Positions 29,908 through 39,249 of a DNA stretch of 64,000 nucleotides are shown here, in pieces. The translations under genes and the position numbers were made by a program. Source of the stretch: Thermococcus sp. JdFR-02. GTDB lineage: Archaea; Methanobacteriota_B; Thermococci; Thermococcales; Thermococcaceae. The first letter of the stretch is position 1. Each line of letters opens with the position of its first letter. The notes beneath the pieces are model-generated. The model was not told the origin of the DNA and searched no databases. It worked only from the letters and a program-made list of their open reading frames with translations. The DNA lies in NCBI GenBank assembly GCA_002009975.1, contig MTLP01000022.1, forward strand, positions 48,207 through 112,206, given 5' to 3'.

Positions 29908-30858
29908 ATGATCTTTGCAATTGGCGAAATATTAATTGATTTCATTGCAAAAGAAGAAGGGGCTCTAAAGGATGTTAAAGCCTTTGAGAAGTTTCCGGGC
30001 GGAGCACCAGCAAACGTTGTTGTTGGACTTTCACGCCTAAATGTCCCCTCAGCATTAATAAGTAAAGTAGGAAAAGATCCATTTGGTGAATTCTTAGTTG
30101 AAAAATTGAAAGCTGAGAATGTTGAAACTAAATATATTGCCTTTGATGAAGAAAAGCACACGGGGATTGTATTTGTTCAGTTAATTGGTGCAAAGCCTGA
30201 ATTTATACTTTATGATGGTGTTGCTTACTTCAATTTAAAGCTTGATGACATTGACTTCTCGTTCATTGAAAATGCAAGTGTCCTACATTTTGGGAGCGTG
30301 TTCTTTGCAAGAGAACCAAGCAGAACTACAACCTTTGAAACTCTAAAGAAAGTTAAAGGGAAGATACCCATAAGCTATGATGTCAATATTCGTCTTGATC
30401 TATGGCGTGGTAGAAAGGAAGAGATGCTAAAAGACATTGAAAAAGGGCTGAAGTTAGCAGACATTGTGAAAATTGGTGAAGAGGAGTTAGAATTTCTTAA
30501 GAATAATGGGATAGACTTAGAAAGCTTTGAGTTTAAACTCTTAGCAATAACAAAGGGCTCTAAAGGGAGTGAGCTTATACATAAGAGCGAAAAAGTTGAA
30601 GTTCCAGCTTATAAGGTTAGCCCAATTGACACAACTGGAGCAGGCGATGCTTACATGGCATCTCTCCTAGCTTCACTATATGCATTAGATAAACTTGAGA
30701 GCTTAGAGATTAGCGGCGAAGAACTTAAACTCATTGGCAAATTTGCCAATATAGTCGCTGCAATTTCAACATTAAAGAGAGGAGCTTGGAGCGTTCCAAA
30801 ACTGGAAGAGTTGAGAGAAGTTAGTGAAATTAGTGGTATCATAAAAAATCTACTATAG
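29908..30858 (+). CDS. PfkB-family carbohydrate kinase (fructokinase-like)
   Basis: GGAPANV and DTTGAGDAY. Confidence 0.92.
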   Translation: MIFAIGEILIDFIAKEEGALKDVKAFEKFPGGAPANVVVGLSRLNVPSALISKVGKDPFGEFLVEKLKAENVETKYIAFDEEKHTGIVFVQLIGAKPEFILYDGVAYFNLKLDDIDFSFIENASVLHFGSVFFAREPSRTTTFETLKKVKGKIPISYDVNIRLDLWRGRKEEMLKDIEKGLKLADIVKIGEEELEFLKNNGIDLESFEFKLLAITKGSKGSELIHKSEKVEVPAYKVSPIDTTGAGDAYMASLLASLYALDKLESLEISGEELKLIGKFANIVAAISTLKRGAWSVPKLEELREVSEISGIIKNLL

Positions 30859-30982
30859 GCATCCTACAGGGAAGAAATCTAGCACAATATTTGTTTTATC
30901 TTTATTTTACCCAAATATTTACGTATTTGGCTTTTTCAGTTTTTACAGGAATGTTTATATAGTTTGAAGACTAGTTATATGG

Positions 30983-31151
30983 TGAGGGGTATTGTATAAG
31001 GTAAAACTTCAAGCGAAAGCTTGACCCGATACAAGGTAATTATTTCAAACATTAATTCTGCAACGCTTTGTTGTGGAATTTAATGTTTAGAGAGATGGCT
31101 TTGCCTCGAGGAAAACTTCCACTTGGGGCTTGCCCTGTATGATATCCCTCA
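30983..31151 (+). ncRNA. Putative ~170-nt rod-like structured RNA
   Basis: Nested end-to-apex pairing with many G-U pairs; TTTATATA at 30954-30961; T-rich tail. Confidence 0.6.
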
Positions 31152-31341
31152 TTTTAATTCTTAAACACCGCTTTTTGAGTTATTAATGAGCCAATCCATC
31201 TTTTAAAGCACAGATATAATTAAAAATGCCTAGAATGGATAGGAAATCGCCTGAACGCTTTTCTCCCTTGATTTTATTCGAAATATTTAAATAGATGATT
31301 TTAGTAATATTATGTTAGAAAAAGTGGAGAGGTGAGAAACG

Positions 31342-32097
31342 ATGAGGTATGTAGCGGTTCTAGCGAACATAAACGGCAATTTTCCAGCATTAGTTAAAGC
31401 CTTAGGCAAGATTGAAGAACTTAAAGAAGAAGGATATAACATTGAAAAATACTATATTCTTGGCAATATCGTAGGATTGTTCCCATATCCAAGAGAGGTT
31501 CTTGATATCCTTGATGATATGATCAAGAACAGCAATGTTAAAGTTATTCGTGGTGAATTTGATCAAATAATTGCAGAAAGCGATCCTCACGCAGAAGGAT
31601 GTGATTATATCGATAAGCTTGACATTCCCGACCATGTGAAGAAAGCTCTACAATACACTTGGGAGAAATTAGGTCATGAAGGAAGGGAGTTTATAAGGGA
31701 TTTACCAATTTATTTAGTGGATAAAATAGGAAAGAACGAGATTTTTGGTGTTTATGGTAGCCCACTAAACCCCTTTAAGGGGATTGTATTACCTGAGCAA
31801 CCTACATCCTATTATGAAGCAATCATGAGACCAGTCAAAGACTATGAGCTTCTATTTGTTGCCTCACCAAAGATGCCAGTAAATGCAATGACAAGGTATG
31901 GAAGGATTGTTTGCCCTGGAAGCATAGGATTTCCACCAGGAAAAGACCATAAAGCAACATTTGCCCTCGTTGATGTTGATACATTACATGTAAAGTTTAT
32001 TGAAGTTGATTATGACAAAAGGCTCATTGAGGACAAAATAAAGCAAGAAGGGCTGCCAGAACAGTTAACTAAAACCCTCTACTACGGAAAGATTTAA
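31342..32097 (+). CDS. Calcineurin-like metallophosphoesterase-fold protein with degenerate metal ligands
   Basis: ANINGN (for DxHxN), LGNIVG (for GD), RGEFD (for GNHD) and PGSIG. Confidence 0.8.
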   Translation: MRYVAVLANINGNFPALVKALGKIEELKEEGYNIEKYYILGNIVGLFPYPREVLDILDDMIKNSNVKVIRGEFDQIIAESDPHAEGCDYIDKLDIPDHVKKALQYTWEKLGHEGREFIRDLPIYLVDKIGKNEIFGVYGSPLNPFKGIVLPEQPTSYYEAIMRPVKDYELLFVASPKMPVNAMTRYGRIVCPGSIGFPPGKDHKATFALVDVDTLHVKFIEVDYDKRLIEDKIKQEGLPEQLTKTLYYGKI

Positions 32098-33391
32098 ACA
32101 TCTCCATCATTTCTCCTATCTCCTTTCTCATAAAAAAGATGTAAACTAACAAACCTAAGGAAAGGACAGATTTTGAGACAAAAATAAGCATTTGTAAAGG
32201 TAAGGCATAAAGTAGGGGCTTATAACTCGCCATGGAAACACCAAGATACCTTTTGGCAAAATATATGACTCCAATAAAAATTGCTGAGTAGCCGAATATT
32301 AAACCAAGCATAGCTCCTTGCTCTCCAAACTTTGGAACTAAAAAGCTTAGGAAAAACAGAGAAATCATTGCACCTATAACGGAAATTACAGTTCCTTTTT
32401 TAACGTATTTCGTTGAGTTTAATGCTATTATGCTGGGATTATATGCTATGTAAATCTCCACCGCAATCACTGCTAAATAAAACTCACTTCCAAGGCTAAA
32501 ATCGAAAAGAAGTGAAAGAATCTCCCTACCAAATAGAAAAAGAGCAAAAACACAGAAAGCTATTACTAATGAAAGAACCCTTGTAGTATTCTCAGCTAAG
32601 GATGTAACATAATCCATCTCATTTTTACCATATTTATACGAATAGAGGGGCATTATTGCAGATTGAAGAACTTGAGGGAGGTAAGTTAGCAAAAATGCTG
32701 CTGAAAGAGAAGCCGAAACCTTCCCTGCTATTAGAGAACTTCCAAATTTTTCACTTAAAAAGTAGGGTCCCTGAACCAAAAACACCCCTGCCAATGTTCC
32801 AAGAAATGCAAAAGCGGAGTAATTTATTAAAAGCCTTAAATCCTCAAATCTTGGCACTCCAAAGAATCTTTCTTTGAAGATATAAACCTTTGAAAATAGA
32901 ACTATTGAGAAAAGCATTGCAATATAGGGCAAATATGGATCTTCAAAAGCAAAGCTTGCTAAAAAGATAATAAAACTGAAGATGATAGCATAAGCATATG
33001 CTTCCCCCCTATGAAGCCCATAAACAAAGCTCCTAAAAGTAAGCTGAAATGCTCTTAAAGTTGCTAAAATAGATATGTATACATTGAAAGGGAGCAAGAG
33101 AAGACCTAAAACTGGAAAAGAGAATGAAATTGTTGAAATAGATTTTATTCTCTCAAACTCTCCCCTACCCAAAAATTCGGAGGTATATTTGCCAAGAGCT
33201 ATTGCAAAAAAGCTCAGAGGAATTGCAAGTAAAAAGGCTTGGGAAATCAGAGAATTGACACTTCCTAACGTTTCTAATCCAAATTTTCTAGAAATCACAA
33301 CACTATATAAAAATCTGCTTAGCCCAAATAAAGCTAAAGCTACTATACTTGCCAATGAATGCTTCAATATAATCTTTTGCTCATAGCTCAT
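32069..33391 (-). CDS. Polysaccharide flippase / MATE-like exporter
   Basis: 12-14 TM; N-terminal ISRKFG...G pattern of Wzx-like proteins. Confidence 0.75.
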   Translation of the reverse strand: MSYEQKIILKHSLASIVALALFGLSRFLYSVVISRKFGLETLGSVNSLISQAFLLAIPLSFFAIALGKYTSEFLGRGEFERIKSISTISFSFPVLGLLLLPFNVYISILATLRAFQLTFRSFVYGLHRGEAYAYAIIFSFIIFLASFAFEDPYLPYIAMLFSIVLFSKVYIFKERFFGVPRFEDLRLLINYSAFAFLGTLAGVFLVQGPYFLSEKFGSSLIAGKVSASLSAAFLLTYLPQVLQSAIMPLYSYKYGKNEMDYVTSLAENTTRVLSLVIAFCVFALFLFGREILSLLFDFSLGSEFYLAVIAVEIYIAYNPSIIALNSTKYVKKGTVISVIGAMISLFFLSFLVPKFGEQGAMLGLIFGYSAIFIGVIYFAKRYLGVSMASYKPLLYALPLQMLIFVSKSVLSLGLLVYIFFMRKEIGEMMEMFKSFRSRGF

Positions 33392-33416
33392 AGAATAAAA
33401 GAGAAACAAAGTGGAT

Positions 33417-33716
33417 TTAACCTTTATGGAATCCTAGGTAGAAACCAACAACAAATGCTCCTCCACCGGGCAATATGCCTATAACTTTATCGGCTAATCC
33501 TAAGGTTTGTTGAGCTGTGCTCTCCGTTAAATTGAAAAGTTTGTCAGTATTTATCGTTATAACACCCTTCTGCTGAAGCCAGAAGAGACTTAAAACATAA
33601 GCTCCTATTAGGGCTAAAACTAATTTTATGAACTTTTTTAGAGCGTATCCCGTCATGAATCCTACGACGCCACCAACACCAATATCGCCGACCATGTTGT
33701 TTATGTCCAACTCCAT
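33417..33716 (-). CDS. FUN14-family membrane protein
   Basis: GF.TGYALKK and L...GVITIN. Confidence 0.88.
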   Translation of the reverse strand: MELDINNMVGDIGVGGVVGFMTGYALKKFIKLVLALIGAYVLSLFWLQQKGVITINTDKLFNLTESTAQQTLGLADKVIGILPGGGAFVVGFYLGFHKG

Positions 33717-33918
33717 ACTGCCTCACCATTAAATCATTCTACTCTTTTCTAATAAATAGTTTTCTTAACACAAAATCGTGCTCAAAGAGGAAAAAGCACC
33801 CTCATTTGATCGAATGGATTTTATCGCTGTAAAATGTTTAAATAGTATAAACGAAAAAGTATTTATAGTCTATGAAAGTTTTCCAGGTATATAGCATATA
33901 TCATTATAGGTGATACAC

Positions 33919-34245
33919 ATGGTAAGTCCAATGGAAAGACTTGAGGAAAAAATGACTAAGGAAGTTTTGTGGCTGTACATTTTAAGCTTACTAAAAGACA
34001 GACCAATGTACGCTTATGAGTTAAAGAACAGAATTAAAGAGAGGTTTGGATTTGAACCAGCCACAGTTAGCAGCTATGTTGTTCTCTACAAGCTTGAAAA
34101 AGGCGGATATGTGACATCAAAATGGCATGAAAGTGAAACAGGAAAACCCTCAAGGAAATATTATGAGCTTACAGAAAAAGGTAAAAAACTTTTAGAAGAA
34201 GGAATAAGCTTTATAGAAGACATGCTTCAAAAGTTAAGGGTCTAA
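33919..34245 (+). CDS. PadR-family transcriptional regulator
   Basis: YAYEL...Y..LYKLE..G and [10 protein letters not shown]. Confidence 0.9.
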   Translation: MVSPMERLEEKMTKEVLWLYILSLLKDRPMYAYELKNRIKERFGFEPATVSSYVVLYKLEKGGYVTSKWHESETGKPSRKYYELTEKGKKLLEEGISFIEDMLQKLRV

Positions 34246-34400
34246 CGACCGGCTCCTCCTCTTGGTTCTTTTGCCTTTGGTCTTAGTCCTTTGTATCCAC
34301 ACTTTCTACACTTGTCAGCTTTCCATGGATTTGTAGCACCGCATCTCATACAGATATATTTTTTAAACAATCTTGCTTCAGCTTCTGGAAACCTCGCCAT
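34242..34400 (-). CDS. rpl40e: 50S ribosomal protein L40e (52 aa; below ORF-track cut-off)
   Basis: Manual translation [52 protein letters not shown]. Confidence 0.95.
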   Translation of the reverse strand: MARFPEAEARLFKKYICMRCGATNPWKADKCRKCGYKGLRPKAKEPRGGAGR

Positions 34401-34557
34401 GATAATCCCTCCATGATCTTGAACCTATGCACTTTTTAGTGCGTCTATTTTTAAACTTTACTGAAATTTGATTTTAGAAAGTAGAAATCTTTATCATCTC
34501 CTTGTTTATCCCTCACCGAAAGGTTTTTAATAGTATTCCTTCATTGTTATCTTGAGC

Positions 34558-34645
34558 GCGGGGGTGCCCGAGCCTGGCCAAAGGGGACGGACTTAAGATC
34601 CGTTGCCGGAGGGCTGCGCGGGTTCAAATCCCGTCCCCCGCACCA
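34558..34645 (+). tRNA. tRNA-Leu(TAA)
   Basis: ACGGA-CT-TAA-GA-TCCGT; long variable arm; CCA. Confidence 0.95.
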
Positions 34646-34729
34646 ACAATTCTAAAAGTTTTGTTAAAGCATCTAGCTTTCTAAACAAAACAACATAGAT
34701 TCACTAAAATGTAAAAACCAAAAAGGACA

Positions 34730-35563
34730 CTAAAGCCTTCTCAAGCTTGGAAACCAATACTTTTTACGCTTCTTTTCTTTCTCTTCGTCCCACTCATGAA
34801 GGATTTTAACAGCTTCGTTTGCCACCATTGCCGCTTCCTTTTCTCCCATTTTTCCAAATTCATTTGTTATCCTATTAGCAAAAACGGCACAAACACATCC
34901 AGCTCTTAACCCATAGATATTCGCTAGAGTAAATAGCGTTGCCGCTTCCATTTCAAAGTTTGTAACCTTAGCTTGCCTTAGATCATCAATTAAATGTTTC
35001 GCAAAGCTTGGGAAATAACCGTTTAATCCTGGTCTCGCCTGACCTACATAAAAGCTATCTGTTGATGCAGTGATTCCAACATGATAACGAACTCCCAAAG
35101 CTTCTGCTGCTTCAATTAAAGCTAAAGTCACTTCATAATCTGCACTTGCAGGATATTCAACCCTTACATATTGTTTTGATGTTCCTTCTAATCTAACAGC
35201 AGCTTTTGCAATAATTAAATCTCCGATCTCTATACCGGGTTGAATTGCACCCGTTGAGCCAACTCTAATAAAAGTATCAGCTCCAATGGCAGCTAACTCT
35301 TCAATCGCTATTGCTGTTGAAGGTGCCCCAATTCCAGTTGAAGTACAGCTTATTGGAACTCCTTTATACTTGCCTGTGTGAGTTTTATATTCCCTATGAA
35401 AAGCTATTTCCTTAATTTCATCCCAAAGAGAGCTTATCTTTGGAACTCTCTCTGGATCACCTGGTAAAAGAACATAGCGAGCAACATCACCGGGCTTACA
35501 AGCTATATGATACTGGTACCCTTCTTTAGTTTGCGGTCTATCAGCAGGCATGAACTTTTTCAT
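34730..35563 (-). CDS. udp: Uridine phosphorylase
   Basis: LLPGDPER, STGIG.PS, RVGSTG and NFEMEAA. Confidence 0.93.
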   Translation of the reverse strand: MKKFMPADRPQTKEGYQYHIACKPGDVARYVLLPGDPERVPKISSLWDEIKEIAFHREYKTHTGKYKGVPISCTSTGIGAPSTAIAIEELAAIGADTFIRVGSTGAIQPGIEIGDLIIAKAAVRLEGTSKQYVRVEYPASADYEVTLALIEAAEALGVRYHVGITASTDSFYVGQARPGLNGYFPSFAKHLIDDLRQAKVTNFEMEAATLFTLANIYGLRAGCVCAVFANRITNEFGKMGEKEAAMVANEAVKILHEWDEEKEKKRKKYWFPSLRRL

Positions 35564-35671
35564 TATTCCACCTCCTCAAGAGATTTTCCTGTATAAAACT
35601 TTATCAAAGAGAATAAAAGTCTTTTCTAAGAAAATGGGGTGCAACATTATAAGAAAAGATTTGATAAAAGA

Positions 35672-35746
35672 TGGAGCCGGGAGGGGGATTTGAACCCCCG
35701 TATAGCGGATCTGCAGTCCGCCGCCTCACCTCTAGGCTATCCCGGC
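35672..35746 (-). tRNA. tRNA-Cys(GCA)
   Basis: Reverse complement GCGGA-CT-GCA-GA-TCCGC; CCA end. Confidence 0.95.
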
Positions 35747-35765
35747 AGTAACCCCAAAGAATTTC

Positions 35766-35852
35766 TGGCGCCGCGGAGGGGATTTGAACCCCTGTGGGAC
35801 AACGCCCACCGGCTTAGCAGGCCGGCGCCCTACCAGGCTAGGCTACCGCGGC
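35766..35852 (-). tRNA. tRNA-Ser(GCT)
   Basis: Reverse complement CCGGC-CT-GCT-AA-GCCGG; long variable arm; tandem with tRNA-Cys. Confidence 0.95.
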
Positions 35853-35950
35853 ATCCTTCATTTCATTGAAAAGCCGAGTTGGGTATTTAAGCTTTTCGTA
35901 GAAGGCAATTTTAAGGAAGGTATAAATACTCTTTATCCTTAATAACAACC

Positions 35951-37195
35951 ATGAAGCTTTTTGATTCGAAACTATGTGCAATCTGTAAAGGAAGAAAGCT
36001 CTTATGTGGTAGACCTACCTGTCCAATTCTTGAGCGCTTTAGGGTAGTTAGGAGTGTTGAGAAGATTGTAAACAAGAGAGAAATCTTTGGTTCTTCTCCT
36101 CCAAGCATTTTTGTCGGTGAGTTTGGATATCCAAAAGTTAGAATTGGCCCTTTAGTTCCTCCAATTGAAGGAGATACATCTTATCTTGATAATCCTTTGA
36201 AATGGGAAAAGGCTCAAATCGGGGATATCTTGAAGTATCGCTCTCTTTTAGTCATGGGAGAGACAAAAGCAGATATAAATGTTAGGAAAAGCCAAAGAAT
36301 TTTAGGTGAAATCCAAGAGCTGGCAATGTCAATTAAACCCGTTGATAGCGAGATTTTACTTAAGAGAAAGCCAATTTTAAAAGTCCTACCCTCTGAATTT
36401 GCTCCCCCCATAGGGCCAAAAGCTGAACTTTTAGCGTTTGAATTAACTGAAAATCCCAAAATTCCAAGGAAAAGCGATTATGTTGTTAGCGATGAGCTAA
36501 AAGCCGAAAAGGCAATAATGACCCTTTACAACTCAGGCTTTGATGAATACTACATAATTAGACTTTTATCTGCTGGACTTTTGGGAATAAATAAAAAGCT
36601 CGTTCCAACAAGATGGAGCATAACTGCTGTTCAAGACACGATTGGAAGGCATTTAAAAAGAGAGATTCTCCACTATGACACAATTAATGATTTTGAGCTT
36701 TACTTTTACGAATTCTTAGGAAATAGATATGCCGTCTTGCTGATGCCTGAAAGCTATTCCTTTGAACTTTTGGAAGTTTGGCTCAAAGGATCTCTCTTTG
36801 GTGCTGAAGAGCCAGAAGTAATTCACGATTGGGAAGATTGGCGCGGTATTAAAGGATATGCCAATCAAACCCTTGGTGCTTACTATGCAGCTCGCTTAAG
36901 CGTTTTAGAGCATTTGAGGAAGAGACGGAGGCAAGCGAAGATTTTAGTATTTAGAGAGGTTACTCCAAAGTACTATGCTCCAGTTGGAGTTTGGCAAATC
37001 CGCTTAGGAGTTAAGAAAGCTTTTGAAAACCCAATTGGAAAGTTTAACACACTTGAAGAAGCTTTAAATGGAGTAAGAAAGCTCTTAGAACTTCCGCTTG
37101 AAAAGTATCTAATAAAAAGCACCGTTCTAAAAGTTAGAGAGAAGCAGAAAACTTTGGATGGCTATCTCAAAAAGTTTTTCAACAAGAGCGTATAG
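35951..37195 (+). CDS. nreA: Nre-family DNA repair protein
   Basis: C..CKG..LCG...CP, GSSPPSIFVG, LVPTRWSITAV and C-terminal PIP-like QKTLDGY. Confidence 0.88.
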   Translation: MKLFDSKLCAICKGRKLLCGRPTCPILERFRVVRSVEKIVNKREIFGSSPPSIFVGEFGYPKVRIGPLVPPIEGDTSYLDNPLKWEKAQIGDILKYRSLLVMGETKADINVRKSQRILGEIQELAMSIKPVDSEILLKRKPILKVLPSEFAPPIGPKAELLAFELTENPKIPRKSDYVVSDELKAEKAIMTLYNSGFDEYYIIRLLSAGLLGINKKLVPTRWSITAVQDTIGRHLKREILHYDTINDFELYFYEFLGNRYAVLLMPESYSFELLEVWLKGSLFGAEEPEVIHDWEDWRGIKGYANQTLGAYYAARLSVLEHLRKRRRQAKILVFREVTPKYYAPVGVWQIRLGVKKAFENPIGKFNTLEEALNGVRKLLELPLEKYLIKSTVLKVREKQKTLDGYLKKFFNKSV

Positions 37196-37200
37196 GAAGT

Positions 37201-37257
37201 TTGAATGATGAAGTTCGCTAGGTCTGAATGGTGATGACTGCACGTCAGGCTGACTTA
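37201..37257 (+). ncRNA. C/D-box methylation guide sRNA
   Basis: C ATGATGA 37205, D' CTGA 37224, C' GTGATGA 37231, D CTGA 37250; two 12-nt guides. Confidence 0.9.
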
Positions 37258-37269
37258 AGTGGTGGTGTC

Positions 37270-38391
37270 ATGAAATTAGCATTAATAAGCCTCGATGGAA
37301 ATGGAGTTTACAACTTAAAACATATGCCTTTCCTTCAAAGCTTAGCTAAGGAGGGTCTCTTTGGGATAGTTGATTCCATTTTCCCAACCCTTACAGATTT
37401 AGTCCACACAAGCGTAATGACAGGCGTTTATCCAAACGTTCACGGAATTGTAGAAAATGGCTATTATGATAGACTGACTGACCAAAAAATAAATTTCTAT
37501 GACTATGAAGTTGCATTCAATCCCCACAAGGTCATAAAGGCTAAAACAATAATCGATATCTTGCGTGAAAAAGGGATTAGAAGTGCAAGTGTTAGCGGTT
37601 ATACAATGCCTCCATTTAGTGGAACCAATGTTAGAATTTTTCCTCCCTTTTTTAGCGATGATAAGCTTTACAAAAAGCATGGAAGAGACTGGAGGAAAGA
37701 CGTTTGGGTTGCTCAGTCTGCTCTATATCTTTATGAGGAATGTAAGCCAGATTTGCTCTTGGTTCATTTTTGCTCAATAGATGGGATGCAACATGACTAT
37801 GGCGTTGAAAGCGAAGAAACTTTAAAAGCTGTAAAAACAGTCGATGAAATGCTCAAGCTCTTGTGGAAAAGGCTTAAGGACGAGTATAAGTTCATAATTT
37901 TCGCCGATCATGGGCAGGAAAATGTTCACACTTGGGTCAACTTAAGAGTTTATCTCAAAAAACATGGCATTGAGACGCTTAGAGTGTCATCGGGTGGAGG
38001 AGTTCACGTCTATTTGAAAGATCCAAACCAAGCTGAAGAAGCTTATTTAGTTTTGAAAAAAGCTCCCGGAGTTAAGCAGGTTTTCTTTAGAGAGGATTTA
38101 CCCTACTTAAACACTCCCAACAGCGGCGAGCTAATAGTAGCAGCTAAAGAAGGCTACTGGTTCTGCTCATTCTGTAAGGGTAAAAGCGGAGTAAGTTATT
38201 GGACTAGAGGAATGCACGGCTCAATAAACGAAAGCGTCATGAAAGTTCCCTTAATTCTTTGGGGTTTTGGGAAAGGAAGATTAAAAGCATCACTTTTGGA
38301 TATAGCTCCAACAGTTTTAGACCTCTTCGGGATTGAAAAGCCAAAAGAGATGGTTGGGAAGAGTTTAATTAACAATAACTTAAAGCTCTAA
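37270..38391 (+). CDS. Alkaline phosphatase superfamily / nucleotide pyrophosphatase
   Basis: ISLDG, FPTLT, D..QH.YG, ADHG and GMHG; start at ATG 37270 after GGTGG. Confidence 0.88.
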   Translation: MKLALISLDGNGVYNLKHMPFLQSLAKEGLFGIVDSIFPTLTDLVHTSVMTGVYPNVHGIVENGYYDRLTDQKINFYDYEVAFNPHKVIKAKTIIDILREKGIRSASVSGYTMPPFSGTNVRIFPPFFSDDKLYKKHGRDWRKDVWVAQSALYLYEECKPDLLLVHFCSIDGMQHDYGVESEETLKAVKTVDEMLKLLWKRLKDEYKFIIFADHGQENVHTWVNLRVYLKKHGIETLRVSSGGGVHVYLKDPNQAEEAYLVLKKAPGVKQVFFREDLPYLNTPNSGELIVAAKEGYWFCSFCKGKSGVSYWTRGMHGSINESVMKVPLILWGFGKGRLKASLLDIAPTVLDLFGIEKPKEMVGKSLINNNLKL

Positions 38392-39165
38392 AATGTTCTT
38401 TAGAGCATCAAAATCAACCCTTGCAGTCATGTCAATACTTATTGGAGTTAAGCTAACTTTTCTTTCAATTTTAATCGCATACATATCAGTTCCAGGCTCA
38501 AGAACCTCTTTAGGACATTGAGTTCCAACAATCCAATAGTAGGGAGTCCCTTTTGGGTCAATCCTTTCTTCCACTGATGGATTGTACATCCTTCTTGCCA
38601 AGCGAGTGATTTCTATTGGGGTTTCTTTTGTAGCATCACTTGGAACATTGAGGTTTAGCATATCTACTCCTGCAGGCAAGCCATTTTTAAGAACCGCGCT
38701 AGCTATTTTTCTCAAAAAGTATTTTGCAACACTGAAATCAATTTCTTCTCCACTTCCAAATTTGTGCTTCTCCCTATTAACTTCCAAACTTATTGCAATG
38801 CTTGGAATTTTATGAGTTGCCGCTTCAATTGCAGCACTTGCAGTTCCTGAGACAGTTATCTCTGTGCTTAAGTTTTCCCCAAGATTGATCCCGCTTATTG
38901 CCAAATCAAAGCTTTCAAAACGAGCTAAGGCAAAGATAATACAATCAACGGGCATTCCATCTAAAGCGTAAGCACCTTTTGTTCCTTCAATATTAACACG
39001 CTTTGCCCTTAAAGGTTTGTGTAAAGTCATTGCCCTTCCGCTTGCACTTCTTTGAAACATAGGTGCAATTACATAAATATCACCTAAACCTTGAAGAGCT
39101 TCTACAGCCGCTTTAATCCCCCTTGAGTAGATTCCATCATCATTCGTTATGAGTATCTTTGGCAT
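38380..39165 (-). CDS. surE: 5'/3'-nucleotidase SurE
   Basis: ILITNDDG, SGINLGEN and SGT. Confidence 0.95.
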   Translation of the reverse strand: MPKILITNDDGIYSRGIKAAVEALQGLGDIYVIAPMFQRSASGRAMTLHKPLRAKRVNIEGTKGAYALDGMPVDCIIFALARFESFDLAISGINLGENLSTEITVSGTASAAIEAATHKIPSIAISLEVNREKHKFGSGEEIDFSVAKYFLRKIASAVLKNGLPAGVDMLNLNVPSDATKETPIEITRLARRMYNPSVEERIDPKGTPYYWIVGTQCPKEVLEPGTDMYAIKIERKVSLTPISIDMTARVDFDALKNILEL

Positions 39166-39249
39166 GATATAGCATTTTGCTGAAAGGTTAATAAAGTTTA
39201 GGCAACTTTAAAAAGCAAAATATTCAATCCAAAATAGACCACAATTGAG

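Noticed and set aside
10386-31340. Sugar region as an island integrated at tRNA-Arg
   Set aside because: No integrase and no duplicated tRNA 3' end seen at the far boundary.
35639-35869. 76-aa ORF
   Set aside because: It is the antisense of tRNA-Cys and tRNA-Ser.
37228-37269. N-terminal extension of the phosphatase ORF
   Set aside because: It overlaps the C/D sRNA boxes; the start at 37270 has its own GGTGG site.
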